In this document: in pieces, positions 10,133 to 21,076 of the stretch
Position numbering within the stretch: the stretch's first letter is position 1
Layout of the letters: every line of letters begins with the position of its first letter
Assembly (NCBI GenBank): GCA_964486045.1
Contig: CAZALK010000018.1
Coordinates: forward strand, 149-64,148
Direction of reading: 5' to 3'
Length of the DNA: 64,000 bases
DNA from: an uncultured archaeon
GTDB lineage: Archaea > Asgardarchaeota > Lokiarchaeia > Sigyniarchaeales > SOKP01
Position numbers and translations under genes: made by a program
The notes under the pieces: generated by a model
Database searches by the model: none
What the model was told of the DNA's origin: nothing
The model's input: only the letters and a program-made list of their open reading frames with translations

Positions 10133-11899
10133 TTGAATAAAAGAACATATGCGATGAATGCTCGAAAGATACCTGAAAATATTTACGCAAAAATATTAAA
10201 TCATGATATAAGTCTCAATAAAGGAATTGAATTACTCCTTTCTATACTACATGCTAGTGAAAAGAACGACATTATTCTTGAGTGTAAAACAACTCTCAAA
10301 AAATTAAGTAAGAATTATGCCGAAACTTTTCAAGTCTTCAAAGAACTTATGGAACTGGGCCAAAAAGCGATAATAAGGGTATATGCTGCGAAAGAATTGT
10401 TTTCTAATTTTAAAGAAGCATCTGAAGTTTTTTTAAAAAGATATATTCTAAAAGATTTATCTGCATATTTTCTAACAGAATTTTACAAATTCTTGGACGG
10501 CAAAGGAGATAAGCTCTCTCAAAATTTGAGATATACATTAATTAGTAAATATAAAAGGATATATGGTGTAACCTGCGAGGAAGCGCTATTTTTTGTAGAT
10601 TTAGAAGCTACTCAAATCAGCGGCAAAAAAGACTTAGATTTTATTCCAGGTTATTTTAAAAAATTCAATACCTCTAAAATCCATCTATTAGTAGACGGTT
10701 CTCAGTTTAACTGTGTTATCAAACGAAAACATACTCGAGCTTTAAATCTTAGCCGTTGGGAATTTGAGAGAATTCCAAAAAGCATTAGTTCTTTATCAAA
10801 ATTAGTTTACCTAAACTTGTCAACACTTAAACTAAAGATGATTCCTGAAACTTTAAGTCGGTTATCTGAACTTAAATATCTTAATTTAAGTGGGAATCGT
10901 CTATCACATATCCCGAACTGGTTAATTGATTTTTCTGTAAAAAATAATTTAAATTCATATATACTAGAAGGAGTTAGTAATTCTGATTCTGTAGTGTTAT
11001 GTTTGATAGAAATTTTATGTGGGAAGAAAATTGATAAAGCTCAAGAAAGGGAAGACGTTTTTTCGTATGAGATGGGTCTAAATTATAAAATAAATAAGTT
11101 CGGGCGCGTAATTGGGCTTTATATCAAAGACGAAAAAATAGAGTTGGGGATATTCCCCATACAAATCTGTTCACTTGAGTTTCTTCAAGAATTAGATTTA
11201 CCGAAATCCTCAATTGAGGCTATTCCCATATGTATAGGGGATTTAAAACATCTCAGCTTTTTAAACTTATCAATAAATAGGATTAAATCTATACCTGAAT
11301 CAATTATTTTATTAACAAATTTAGAGTATATGAATATTAATGATAATTTACTTTCAGAAAAAGAAATATTGGAATTATCATGGAATAAAAATGGATTATA
11401 TGCATTGGAACAAGGTGACTTCGATAAGGCTATAAAAGAATGTGAAACAACATTAAAGATTTATCCAAAAAATAAGCTTGCTCTTTTTCACCTTGGTATT
11501 GCTCATAGAGAAAAAGGTGAATTTGACGTAGCAACACAAGCATATAGAATGTTTCTAAAAATTGACCCATACAGTTCTGTGGTGTGGAGTAGTTTAAGTG
11601 ATATTTATCATCAAACTGGGAAATATAATAAAGCAATAATAGCAATAAAAAACGCTTTAGAGATAGAACCAGAGATAGCATTATTATGGAGTAATCTAGG
11701 ATTAAATTATAAGAAATTAGGCAAGTATGATGATGCAATCGAATCTTATTTACACTCTCTTAAAATTGACAAAAGAAATCAATATACGTGGGAAAATATT
11801 GCTTCTGTTTATCGAGATAAAGGTGAAATTATGAAGGCAATTGAAGCTGATGAAAGAGCTTTAGAGCTTAGCATTAGCTCAGAAAATAATATTGATTAG
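10133..11899 (+). CDS. Leucine-rich-repeat plus TPR protein
   Basis: LxxLNLSxNxL repeats followed by about five TPR motifs (WSNLG..Y..LGKYDDAIESY). Confidence 0.88.
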   Translation: MNKRTYAMNARKIPENIYAKILNHDISLNKGIELLLSILHASEKNDIILECKTTLKKLSKNYAETFQVFKELMELGQKAIIRVYAAKELFSNFKEASEVFLKRYILKDLSAYFLTEFYKFLDGKGDKLSQNLRYTLISKYKRIYGVTCEEALFFVDLEATQISGKKDLDFIPGYFKKFNTSKIHLLVDGSQFNCVIKRKHTRALNLSRWEFERIPKSISSLSKLVYLNLSTLKLKMIPETLSRLSELKYLNLSGNRLSHIPNWLIDFSVKNNLNSYILEGVSNSDSVVLCLIEILCGKKIDKAQEREDVFSYEMGLNYKINKFGRVIGLYIKDEKIELGIFPIQICSLEFLQELDLPKSSIEAIPICIGDLKHLSFLNLSINRIKSIPESIILLTNLEYMNINDNLLSEKEILELSWNKNGLYALEQGDFDKAIKECETTLKIYPKNKLALFHLGIAHREKGEFDVATQAYRMFLKIDPYSSVVWSSLSDIYHQTGKYNKAIIAIKNALEIEPEIALLWSNLGLNYKKLGKYDDAIESYLHSLKIDKRNQYTWENIASVYRDKGEIMKAIEADERALELSISSENNID

Positions 11900-12108
11900 A
11901 TTGTCACTAAAATCCATTCACAGTTCTTCATTATAAACTAACATTAAATCCTAAAAGAGTATGAGCCTTGAAGCTATTCTTCAATAAAATTAGAGCTGGG
12001 ATCTAAAAACAGTCTAAGAATCCATTGAGAGTTCACATTGTTAAACTATATATTAAATCCGATCAATATTATAATTATAAAAAAACCATAAAAAAAGTGA
12101 AAAAAAAA

Positions 12109-12321
12109 ATGACCCAAGCGTATGAAAAAGTAATGGAAATGGAAAGTATTGAAGTTGAAGAGATTGAACAGTCTGAAGTTCAAGAAAATGAAGTTGATGA
12201 GCTCCTTGGAGATTTAAATCCAAGATATTTCGAAGAAGCAATTCCTTTGAATAGAGCCAAAGAACGAATTTATGCCGCAAAAAGTTATTCTAATTTTAGC
12301 TTCAATGCATATGGAAATTAA
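12109..12321 (+). CDS. Small acidic hypothetical protein (70 aa)
   Basis: ATG at 12109 within ORF 12025..12321; protein-like composition; T-rich tract follows. Confidence 0.6.
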   Translation: MTQAYEKVMEMESIEVEEIEQSEVQENEVDELLGDLNPRYFEEAIPLNRAKERIYAAKSYSNFSFNAYGN

Positions 12322-12457
12322 ATAATTTTTTACTCTCTTATTTTTTAAGTGTTTTAGATATCCTTTTCTCTAAATTTCTAATTTCTGAATGATTATTTGT
12401 TGATATTATCTATTGTCTCTTTTTTAAATTTTAGAATTCAAGTTCTTCAAGCAAATA

Positions 12458-13105
12458 TTATTCAATATAAGTATTTATATACCGTTTAACCTCACTAGCA
12501 GGCTGGAAAATTCCAAAATGTCCTTCACATAAGATGTCCGCTTTTAATTCTAATAGTTTTCTGAGAGAATTCTGATAATCTTCAAAATTGCTCACACCCG
12601 GTATTATAGGTCCGTGTAAATCTTGTCCGAACAATATTTTTTTGCCTTCAATTTCAAGTAAAACCGAGATAGAACCAGGAGTGTGTCCAGGGGTGTGAAT
12701 ACATTGGAAATCATAATTCCCAAAAGTTAAGCTCTCATGTTCACCAACAAATTTTTTTTCGAGTTTAACAGGCTTATAATTAACTCCATACCATGATGCT
12801 GCGGTTTTTCTATCATGTCCCCTCTCTTCGATTGGTATAGCATCCAATTGATGAGCATAGAACTTAACTTGCTTATTATATTCTTTGAGGTCAGCACAAG
12901 CGCCTATATGGTCAATATGAAAATGTGTAATTATGCAATGCTTAATGTGCATTGGGTTTAATCCTATTTTACTGATGCTTTTTATCACATTCAATTCCAT
13001 ACCACAATCAATTAGAACCAGACCTTCATCACTATTTGTGTTAATTAAATAAACAGAACAACCAGCATCACCAAGATGATATACGTTCTTAATAATTTCT
13101 TTCAT
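12458..13105 (-). CDS. Metallo-beta-lactamase-fold hydrolase
   Basis: THFHIDHIG, TPGHTPG and EGH motifs. Confidence 0.88.
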   Translation of the reverse strand: MKEIIKNVYHLGDAGCSVYLINTNSDEGLVLIDCGMELNVIKSISKIGLNPMHIKHCIITHFHIDHIGACADLKEYNKQVKFYAHQLDAIPIEERGHDRKTAASWYGVNYKPVKLEKKFVGEHESLTFGNYDFQCIHTPGHTPGSISVLLEIEGKKILFGQDLHGPIIPGVSNFEDYQNSLRKLLELKADILCEGHFGIFQPASEVKRYINTYIE

Positions 13106-13128
13106 AGATTTTTGAAGCCTTTATGAAG

Positions 13129-13935
13129 TCATTTTTTTTTCAAGTAAAGTCGTTTATACATGAGGATAGTGACTACACAAGCCATCCCCGCGGAAAATAC
13201 AACATCTGAGGCATAATGAGCACCAAGAACAATCCTAGCAAGACCTACAAAAATTGCCCACCCGGTTATTAGTATTGTAAGTATGATTTTTTTTGGATTT
13301 TTCCATTTGTAATCTCTTATTAATATCAATAAGGGTAGTACCATAAAAGACATGCTTGTATGTCCGGAAGGGAAAGAACTCCCATCTGAAGTTGGACCTG
13401 GTGGCAGAAACCAAGGAGTGTAATCCACAAAGGATGCTAAATCTCTAAACCTTATTCTTCCACATAAAAGCTTTGTAATCTGAATAAATGCCAAGGGATT
13501 AACTATAGTCAAAACCGTGATGACTGCTGAAATCTTCCTATACTCTCCCCAATCTTTTTTGAAAGTTACTAATGTAAATAAAACTAAAGGTAGCGTCAAC
13601 GATCCCCCTATGAGCATTAAATATGAAGAATTAAATATTAACCCTAAGAGGAGTAAAGCAATTCCAATTATAACAATTACATAAGCTGGAATTTTTTGTT
13701 TGTTAATATTTTTGTTATAACTCCCTATAAACACAGATAAGCCGATTGCTATCAATCCCCATCCAGGGGCTTCCCCAAATTCCTCTCCAAAGATTCCCCA
13801 AGGTGAATTTTGATCTACAACTGCTTTTGAAATCTCTAAATCGGTAAAACCAAAGATCAGTGCCAAAATAACCCATAAAACAATTATGCATAAAAATAAC
13901 TTATTGATAAAAGATTGTAAAATATGTTCAAACAT
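13129..13935 (-). CDS. PAP2-family membrane phosphatase
   Basis: K..GRIR, SFPSGH and R...GAHYASDV motifs; multiple TM segments. Confidence 0.88.
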   Translation of the reverse strand: MFEHILQSFINKLFLCIIVLWVILALIFGFTDLEISKAVVDQNSPWGIFGEEFGEAPGWGLIAIGLSVFIGSYNKNINKQKIPAYVIVIIGIALLLLGLIFNSSYLMLIGGSLTLPLVLFTLVTFKKDWGEYRKISAVITVLTIVNPLAFIQITKLLCGRIRFRDLASFVDYTPWFLPPGPTSDGSSFPSGHTSMSFMVLPLLILIRDYKWKNPKKIILTILITGWAIFVGLARIVLGAHYASDVVFSAGMACVVTILMYKRLYLKKK

Positions 13936-14169
13936 TCGAATACCTTTTAAAATTTTGTATGATAATATTCCTAATTATTTATTCTCTTATTTAAAATGTT
14001 CCATTAACAAAATAAGAAGTAACTCTGGACAATAAATTCAGATCCCAACAACTTCTTCCAATTTAAAATTAATTTTTACATCTATAATAATATTTAATAA
14101 TATTTATTTTTATTTTCTTATTCCACTTTAATTGATATTTAGCAGAGAGCTACTATAAAACAACATTTT

Positions 14170-14976
14170 TCATGTGTTTCCTAAAACCTTAAAACGTAAG
14201 TAGTCTAAACTTTGGAGAGCTTCTTTATATAGTTTATTTTCTATAATCAGATTTCTTTTCTTTAAGCTAGGTTCTTTCAAAAACAAGGAATTAATTGGGA
14301 TTGCTCCTTCTTCCAATTTTCCATGTGTGTCTTTCCCATAATTGTTTGATAAGTGAATTGCGATTATAGGATAACTACATATCATTGATATATTTTCTAT
14401 CATTTCATTATAATCAGTATAAAAGGTATTTAAATGTCCTATATCAAGTAGAAAGTGCAAAGTCGGGAAAATTCGACTATAGGATTGGATATCATTTAAA
14501 TTTTCAATTAAACCGGTTGTTGTAGATTTTTGACGATTTTCAATAGCCAAGGGTATTGAATAGTTATCAGATATTTTAATTAATTCTGAAAGTGTTTTAA
14601 TTTGTTGTTTTTGCGCCTTTTCTTTTACTGAAGGTATTTGATAAAAAGCGTTACTAATCTTTCCCGTATGTACAACATTATAAAGGGGATCCCATTTCTT
14701 TACGAACTTAATTTCCTTAAGTAATACTTTACTTGAGTAGTAACGTAGTTTACTGTCTAATGAGGCTATATTTACATCAATAAATGACAAATGGAAAGAA
14801 ATCTGTAAATCTGATGAGTACAGTTTATTGATAAGTTTTATTGTTTTTTTCCGATACTTTTGAAATTTAAAAATTGGATTATCTAACTGAATTTCACATA
14901 TATCGATGTTAAGATCACATATTGAATTTAATATCTTCTCAAATTCCCAATTAGCACGAATTGAAATTCCTAACAT
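14170..14976 (-). CDS. Sugar-phosphate isomerase/epimerase (AP endonuclease 2 TIM barrel)
   Basis: VVHTG, AIEN, LDIGH, IHLSNN..DTH and IIE motifs. Confidence 0.8.
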   Translation of the reverse strand: MLGISIRANWEFEKILNSICDLNIDICEIQLDNPIFKFQKYRKKTIKLINKLYSSDLQISFHLSFIDVNIASLDSKLRYYSSKVLLKEIKFVKKWDPLYNVVHTGKISNAFYQIPSVKEKAQKQQIKTLSELIKISDNYSIPLAIENRQKSTTTGLIENLNDIQSYSRIFPTLHFLLDIGHLNTFYTDYNEMIENISMICSYPIIAIHLSNNYGKDTHGKLEEGAIPINSLFLKEPSLKKRNLIIENKLYKEALQSLDYLRFKVLGNT

Positions 14977-15041
14977 AATTGCATTAATAATATTAAATCT
15001 AAAAACTTTTAGGGATTAAAATAAATAAATAATTGAGATAA

Positions 15042-15662
15042 ATGCCTGCGAAAGGAGATGGCTTCGTTTCTAAATATATAAACAGACCTTTTTCTAATCA
15101 ATTAACTAAATTCATAATACATTTTTGGCCCAATTGTAACCCTAATCTAGTATCTATTATATCTGCTTTATTTGGGATTATTGGTTCTTTATTATTTATT
15201 AAGAATTTTCCCCTTTTAGGAGGTATTTTTATTCAAATTTCAAGTATAGTTGATGGTTCTGATGGTGAACTCGCGCGTACTACTGGTAGAACTTCTTTTT
15301 TTGGGGGTTTCTTTGATTCTGTAATGGATCGGTATGTTGATGTGTTTATAATTGTAGGTCTTACTATTTATTCTCTTAGAATTCTTTTGATTATACCAGC
15401 ATTTTTATTAGGAATAATCACTATCACCGGTGCCTATTCAATAAGCTATACTGCTGCTAAAATTGAATCAAGAAAAGATATTGACTTTTCTAGAACAATT
15501 CAAGGACGTGATACAAGACTGTTTATTGTGTTTTTAGCGGGAATTTGCGCAATTTTCTCAGATTGGGCAATTCCATTATGCTTACTTTTGATTTCAATTC
15601 TAACTCATGGATCTGTTATTTTAAGAATCAATCAATTAAGAAAAATAAGAAACTTAGAATAG
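15042..15662 (+). CDS. CDP-alcohol phosphotransferase, DIPP-synthase-like
   Basis: GDGFVSKYINRPFS N-terminus typical of DIPPS, plus DGSDGELAR...G.FFDSVMDR. Confidence 0.82.
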   Translation: MPAKGDGFVSKYINRPFSNQLTKFIIHFWPNCNPNLVSIISALFGIIGSLLFIKNFPLLGGIFIQISSIVDGSDGELARTTGRTSFFGGFFDSVMDRYVDVFIIVGLTIYSLRILLIIPAFLLGIITITGAYSISYTAAKIESRKDIDFSRTIQGRDTRLFIVFLAGICAIFSDWAIPLCLLLISILTHGSVILRINQLRKIRNLE

Positions 15663-15824
15663 AAATCTTTATTAATTTTTTTAATTAAAGCTCAGAATAG
15701 AGGATAATTACTTAAATTATTCACAAAACTTTCGATATCAATGATTCCGAGATAGGTTTCTAATTTTTACAAAAAAAAAATAAAATTAAGGATTCTTACA
15801 TATAAATATCAATTCTTAAAATTA

Positions 15825-16982
15825 TTATTCAGAGCCTTGTTCATTTTGTTTGGTCATTTTTTTAATTGATTGTATACTTGCTTCTGGAAAACCTTCAATA
15901 AATTCTTCCGTTAATTGATAAGCTTCATCATCACTATGCTGTATTGGTGGATGTTTCATAAAATAAGAAGAAGGATTATACAATACCCCACCTTGATTTC
16001 TATCCAGTGCTATTTTTAAACACCTTATTGCATCTATTACTACTCCCGCAGAATTAGGAGAATCTTCAACTGAAAGGCGTAATTCGAGATTTATTGGAAT
16101 ATCCCCAAAGATATTTCCCTCCATTCTAATAAAACATACTTTATTATCCTTTTGCCATGGAACCCAATCACTTGGGCCAATATGTATATTTTCATTTTTC
16201 AGTCTAACTGCCATCTGTGATTGTACTGCTTCCGTTTTTGATCTTTTTTTGGAAACTAGCCTACTCCTGTCAAGCATATTCAAGAAATCTGTATTACCTC
16301 CCGTATTCAGTTGGTATGTTCGATTAAGTTTTACACCCCTTTTTTTGAAAATATTCGTTAATACTCGGTGTATTATAGTTGCACCTATTTGAGACTTGAT
16401 ATCATCTCCTATTATTGGAATGTTTTTATTTTTAAATCTCTGTGCCCATGTTGGATTGCTTGCTATAAATACAGGCATACAGTTTATGAAACCTACTTCT
16501 GCTTTTAAGGCACATTCAGCATAAAAGTTTACCGCTTTTTCAGATCCTACGGGAAGATAATTGATAAGCATATCTGCTTTACTATTTTTAAGTTCTTGAA
16601 TTATTTCTGTTTTTGTTGGTTCCTCATGGTCAGATAAGACAAATGAGAACTTTTCATCATGGTTTTGCATATGTGGGGCAAAACTGTCCAAAATTCTTCC
16701 CATTTTAACATTAACTCCAGTTTTAGGAATATTCTTATGAAAAATTTTAGTACAATTAGGTGGTTGAAAAATAGCCTTTGATACGTCTTTTCCAACTTTC
16801 CTACGATCAATATCAAAGGCAGCAACTACTTCAATATCACTTGGTAAATATCTTCCGATATCCCAATGCATTAAACCAATAGCTTCCTTTCTTGATTTTT
16901 TTTTATAATAGTAGATCCCTTGAATTAAAGAACAAGCACAGTTACCAAGTCCAGCAATAGCTATTTTAATTTTACCTATCAT
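15825..16982 (-). CDS. ino1: myo-Inositol-1-phosphate synthase
   Basis: GLGNCA, NYLPVGS, GDDIKSQIGAT, QLNTGGNTDFLNM and EDSPNSAG motifs. Confidence 0.96.
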   Translation of the reverse strand: MIGKIKIAIAGLGNCACSLIQGIYYYKKKSRKEAIGLMHWDIGRYLPSDIEVVAAFDIDRRKVGKDVSKAIFQPPNCTKIFHKNIPKTGVNVKMGRILDSFAPHMQNHDEKFSFVLSDHEEPTKTEIIQELKNSKADMLINYLPVGSEKAVNFYAECALKAEVGFINCMPVFIASNPTWAQRFKNKNIPIIGDDIKSQIGATIIHRVLTNIFKKRGVKLNRTYQLNTGGNTDFLNMLDRSRLVSKKRSKTEAVQSQMAVRLKNENIHIGPSDWVPWQKDNKVCFIRMEGNIFGDIPINLELRLSVEDSPNSAGVVIDAIRCLKIALDRNQGGVLYNPSSYFMKHPPIQHSDDEAYQLTEEFIEGFPEASIQSIKKMTKQNEQGSE

Positions 16983-17030
16983 TGTTTACCTCTATATTTT
17001 TCGATTTAAAATATATCTCTTTTATAATAT

Positions 17031-17888
17031 TCATTCTACCTCAATATCCTCCTCATATAATTTCTTCTTATTAGTATTATTTATGTATTCCTTAGAAATT
17101 AGGCCAAAAGGATGAATTTTAGAAGATTTATTGAAAAGTTTTTTCAGTTGGTGATATTTTTTATAATTATCAATATCTAACCAAAATGTATTCGGAAAAT
17201 CATAATAACTAATATTCAAATCTGAATTTAGTGCTGATAAAACAACGTTTGTCACACCAAATTTTTTAAAAATTGATTCAACATTCTCACATATCTTTCT
17301 AATAATTTTCGTTTTTAATATGAAAACTCCCATATCCAGTCGATTATATTTTTTTAAACTTTTTCCCAAATTAATAATAAAGAAGTCTTCTCCATACACT
17401 TTTGTAGCATCTTCTGTATCGCAATATACTCTTTTATTATGCATTGGATCCGTTGCTAAAAGAATATCTTCTTTCTTATAATTTTTTAACATCATAGAAA
17501 ATATATTTTGTGAAAATACATGATCCGACATGGTTAATACAGTATATTCTGAAGCAATTTTATTAATCCCTAAGAAAAAGCTATATCCATTTTCTCTCTC
17601 GGGTAACTTATTTTCGATAATTTCTAACTCCAGATTTGCTACATCAATCCAAGGGTGAGCGATTGATTTTAAAACCCTTTTCTTGTATTTTGAATTGCTA
17701 TGTATATTACTAGTAACAATTTTAATTTTAGTTATCCCTGTTTCAATCATTCCAGCTATAATATTTCCTAAAATATTGGAATTACGTAACTTTAAGAACC
17801 CTTTCTTAAATTTCCCATCCACTGATTTGAATCGGCTAGAATTACCCGCTGCTAAAATTAAACCTTCAAATCTGTTGTTATCTATCAT
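17031..17888 (-). CDS. Nucleotidyltransferase, CTP:inositol-1-phosphate cytidylyltransferase (IPCT)-like
   Basis: ILAAG.SSRF, PERENGYS, LTMSDHVFS, ATKV and WLDID motifs; adjacent to ino1. Confidence 0.8.
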   Translation of the reverse strand: MIDNNRFEGLILAAGNSSRFKSVDGKFKKGFLKLRNSNILGNIIAGMIETGITKIKIVTSNIHSNSKYKKRVLKSIAHPWIDVANLELEIIENKLPERENGYSFFLGINKIASEYTVLTMSDHVFSQNIFSMMLKNYKKEDILLATDPMHNKRVYCDTEDATKVYGEDFFIINLGKSLKKYNRLDMGVFILKTKIIRKICENVESIFKKFGVTNVVLSALNSDLNISYYDFPNTFWLDIDNYKKYHQLKKLFNKSSKIHPFGLISKEYINNTNKKKLYEEDIEVE

Positions 17889-18346
17889 TAAGATCAGCCT
17901 TTTTTCATTGAGAATTTTAAGTTATTGACAAACTTGAATGAGTTGGATTGGAATAATATTAAAAGCTTTCTTTATAATTATATTTACTGCGCTAACTTAG
18001 ATACGGTATACTAAATCATTATTTTTTTTAATGCATAATAATTTAAGAAAAGTTTTTAAATTTCTTTCACATTTAAATTGCTGAATCAATTGTATTTTTA
18101 TTAAAATTAATGGATATATAAGTTTTGGCATTTTCCTAAAAACATAGCTTTTAAATTTAATAATCTTTTATTTAAATAAAAATCTGTCTTAATAATATTT
18201 TATTATTACTAATTATTCAATAGTAAATGAACAATGCCCCGTAATGTATTTATCAATAATATACGTACCTTAGGAAAAAATTCAATTAAACTATTCTTTT
18301 TATAGCAATTTAAATTACATATATTACATAATTTTTTCTCTGGATA

Positions 18347-19183
18347 TTGATAAGAATGGAAGAAAATGAGAAATCTCCTGTCAATGAAGAAAAAAAAAAC
18401 TTTTCGGTAAAGGTAAAAAGATATATTAAAAACTTATTTGATTTTTCACATTATGATACCAAAACCATCATTTACATTCTATTATTTATAGCCTTAATAG
18501 TAGCATCTTTTGTTTTGTTATATGTTATATATTTTGTAGATAATACAATTTTATACCGATTTGTAGTAGTATTTTTTGTAAATCCTGTTTACGGTTTAGG
18601 GATCCTTGGATTCTTTCTATTTGTAGTAATAATGGGTGTACAAGGACTTCTTGTTCCACTCCCTTCTGAACTGATATTATTAGCTGCAGGTATGATTTGG
18701 GGAATATATTTAGGTGGCTTAATGGGAGTTATCGGGTCAATGGCTGCGGCATTATTGTGCTACTATGTAAGTAGACGAGGAGGACGCCCATTGGCTGAAA
18801 AGTTTGTGGGTGAAAAAGCGATTAATTTAGCTGATAATTTCATTCATAAATACGGAACAAGTGCGATAATTATAGCCAGACTTCTACCATTTGTGGCATT
18901 TGATCCGATTTCATACGCTTCTGGATTAGTAGACTTAGAGATCAAAAAATATTCTTTAGGAACCTTAGTTGGATCTATTCCCCGGGCTTTTTTTTATTCT
19001 CTTTTAGGTGCCTCTTTAGGTATTTCCCCACCTATAATTTTTGAAGATTTGCCCGATGTAAATGCTCAATCTGCATTTTTTAATAATATTTTATTAATAA
19101 TCTTGGCAGTTTTAGTTTCGATGTTTCTTTTGTATTACCTTTTAGCAAGATACTATGAAAAGAAAAACATTGAAAAAAATTAA
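18347..19183 (+). CDS. VTT/DedA (TVP38/TMEM64) family membrane protein
   Basis: VPLPSE...AG, ARLLPFVAFDPISYASG motifs. Confidence 0.9.
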   Translation: MIRMEENEKSPVNEEKKNFSVKVKRYIKNLFDFSHYDTKTIIYILLFIALIVASFVLLYVIYFVDNTILYRFVVVFFVNPVYGLGILGFFLFVVIMGVQGLLVPLPSELILLAAGMIWGIYLGGLMGVIGSMAAALLCYYVSRRGGRPLAEKFVGEKAINLADNFIHKYGTSAIIIARLLPFVAFDPISYASGLVDLEIKKYSLGTLVGSIPRAFFYSLLGASLGISPPIIFEDLPDVNAQSAFFNNILLIILAVLVSMFLLYYLLARYYEKKNIEKN

Positions 19184-19189
19184 TACAAT

Positions 19190-20113
19190 CTAATCTTCAG
19201 TCTTTAATATCCAAGTCTCTCTTATTTTCTTCCTTCCTTCTAAATCCTCAAGCTTAAAGTTTGGAATTTTTCTTAATAATTTTATCGAACTTAATTTTGT
19301 TTTATCTGGTTCTATTTTCTTATGAATCAAAAAACCACAATCTTTAAAGAAAACTTCTGCCGTCTTAAAGCTTTCAAATTTATTATCATCCACATTGTGT
19401 TCTGTGAGAAACCTTCTTCCCTGATAATCATAGAATCCCTTATTGATATCATTTTGCTTTTCGTTCTTAATATAGATATCTGCTGTTATCCAAAAACCTC
19501 CTTTCTCGCTCAATAGATTATGAATGATTGCGCATAATTTTCGTTTTTGTATTTCGTCAAGATAAACCAATAATCCTTCATTCGCAATAGCGATGGGATT
19601 TGTACTAAAATGATTGATAATATCAAAAAAAGCATATTCATCTAATGCATTCAACCCCTGCATGAATAAATTATCAATAGAATAATTACAAGTCCTTTTG
19701 GTTAATTCCTGTATAATAAGCTTTTTACTTTCAATTATTTGAGGTAGGTCAGTATCTACATAACTAACATTGGGATCTTTACACATGCTTAGACCTCGAA
19801 AAGAAAAACCAGAAGAAAACTCAAGGATATTTGTTATACCTACTTGATTCAATGCCCTATCAACAGACTTATATCTGCTTTCAAAATGAATTAGTCTCAA
19901 TAAAAAGCCAATAGAAGATAATTTTTTCTTTAAATCTTGTATACTGTTTTCACCCCAGATCAATCCGGCAGCTTCTCTTGCAAAGGGAATAGTTGTTAGA
20001 GCCTTTGTTAAAAGTAGTGATTTGGCAGATGGACTGATCGAATTAAATTCGAGGTTTAAAGATTCTTTCATTATGCTTAGTGATACTTCTAATCCATAAA
20101 AATTTTTCTCCAA
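19190..20113 (-). CDS. Leucine-carboxyl-methyltransferase-like SAM-dependent methyltransferase
   Basis: LEFSSGFSFRG, DTDLP and NEGLLVYL motifs. Confidence 0.75.
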   Translation of the reverse strand: MEKNFYGLEVSLSIMKESLNLEFNSISPSAKSLLLTKALTTIPFAREAAGLIWGENSIQDLKKKLSSIGFLLRLIHFESRYKSVDRALNQVGITNILEFSSGFSFRGLSMCKDPNVSYVDTDLPQIIESKKLIIQELTKRTCNYSIDNLFMQGLNALDEYAFFDIINHFSTNPIAIANEGLLVYLDEIQKRKLCAIIHNLLSEKGGFWITADIYIKNEKQNDINKGFYDYQGRRFLTEHNVDDNKFESFKTAEVFFKDCGFLIHKKIEPDKTKLSSIKLLRKIPNFKLEDLEGRKKIRETWILKTED

Positions 20114-20214
20114 TCAATACATAACCACTCAAGAAAACTTAAGTTTTAAACATGGTACTTAGTATTATTGTGATATCATTTCTCTTTTTTATCTAAGTTT
20201 GTTTTTTTTAGGAC

Positions 20215-20388
20215 ATGAATGAAAAGGAAAAACTTGATATTGTTGCTAAATTTGAGAAATATTTAGAATTAAATCCACCAGAATTTTACAAGGAATTAAA
20301 AAAAGCTATCAGCACTAATAATCGAGATTCCATTTGGGGCCTTTCAAAGATTTTCACTAGATATCAATTTAAGAAGCTAAATAATTAG
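20215..20388 (+). CDS. Small hypothetical protein (57 aa), absent from the ORF track
   Basis: ATG..TAG open frame MNEKEKLDIVAKFEKYLELNPPEFY... in an intergenic gap. Confidence 0.45.
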   Translation: MNEKEKLDIVAKFEKYLELNPPEFYKELKKAISTNNRDSIWGLSKIFTRYQFKKLNN

Positions 20389-20674
20389 AGTTTTTTCTGA
20401 TAATTTTTCTCCTTTATCGCTATTGTACATCTCTGTACAATAGTTTAAAAATCTTAATTAGACTAATTTTGTTTTTGTGTACAAATCAAGATCATTTATA
20501 ATTTATATACAAAATTTGTTTGTTCGTTATCATAATATAAAAACTTTTTTATTTGATAGTCTTTATAAAGTTGAGGACTATTTTTTGTTTAAGGTATAAG
20601 ATTATATTAGTTAAAAATAAAAGCTAAAAAAATTTTTATAACATTATTAAAAAAAGGTTAACAAAAAGTTATAG

Positions 20675-20938
20675 TTGAAAATTATGATTAACATCTCAGG
20701 AAATTACGAGAAAATGTTGGAAGATAATTTAAAAGAGGAATTGGTATGGTTAGAGGATGAGTTCAATTTTTTATTTAAATCTAAAAAAGATAAATACACT
20801 AGCCATGATATTACTCTCGGGAGCAAAATTTTGGAACAAGTAATTGATAATATCAAGACTAATCATAACGAAGAATTGTTAAACCTTTTGGCCGTCACTT
20901 TAAACAAGATTGAGCATTTGTACCCAGACTTTTTTTAA
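20675..20938 (+). CDS. Hypothetical helical protein
   Basis: 87-aa ORF with typical composition; no recognised motif. Confidence 0.6.
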   Translation: MKIMINISGNYEKMLEDNLKEELVWLEDEFNFLFKSKKDKYTSHDITLGSKILEQVIDNIKTNHNEELLNLLAVTLNKIEHLYPDFF

Positions 20939-21076
20939 TTAAATTTATTTTTAAGGTCTATTCCATTTTCTGTAAAAATCTCTTAAATTCATTTAGAAAG
21001 AAAAATTATTTTAAGAATAAAGCTCATATTTAAAAAGAAATAATGAGAATTTAATATCAGAAAATATGAGTCAATA

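Noticed and set aside
17930-18340. Long AT-rich gap as a replication origin or ncRNA
   Set aside because: No ORB-like repeats, adjacent cdc6 or convincing stems; it fits a divergent promoter region.
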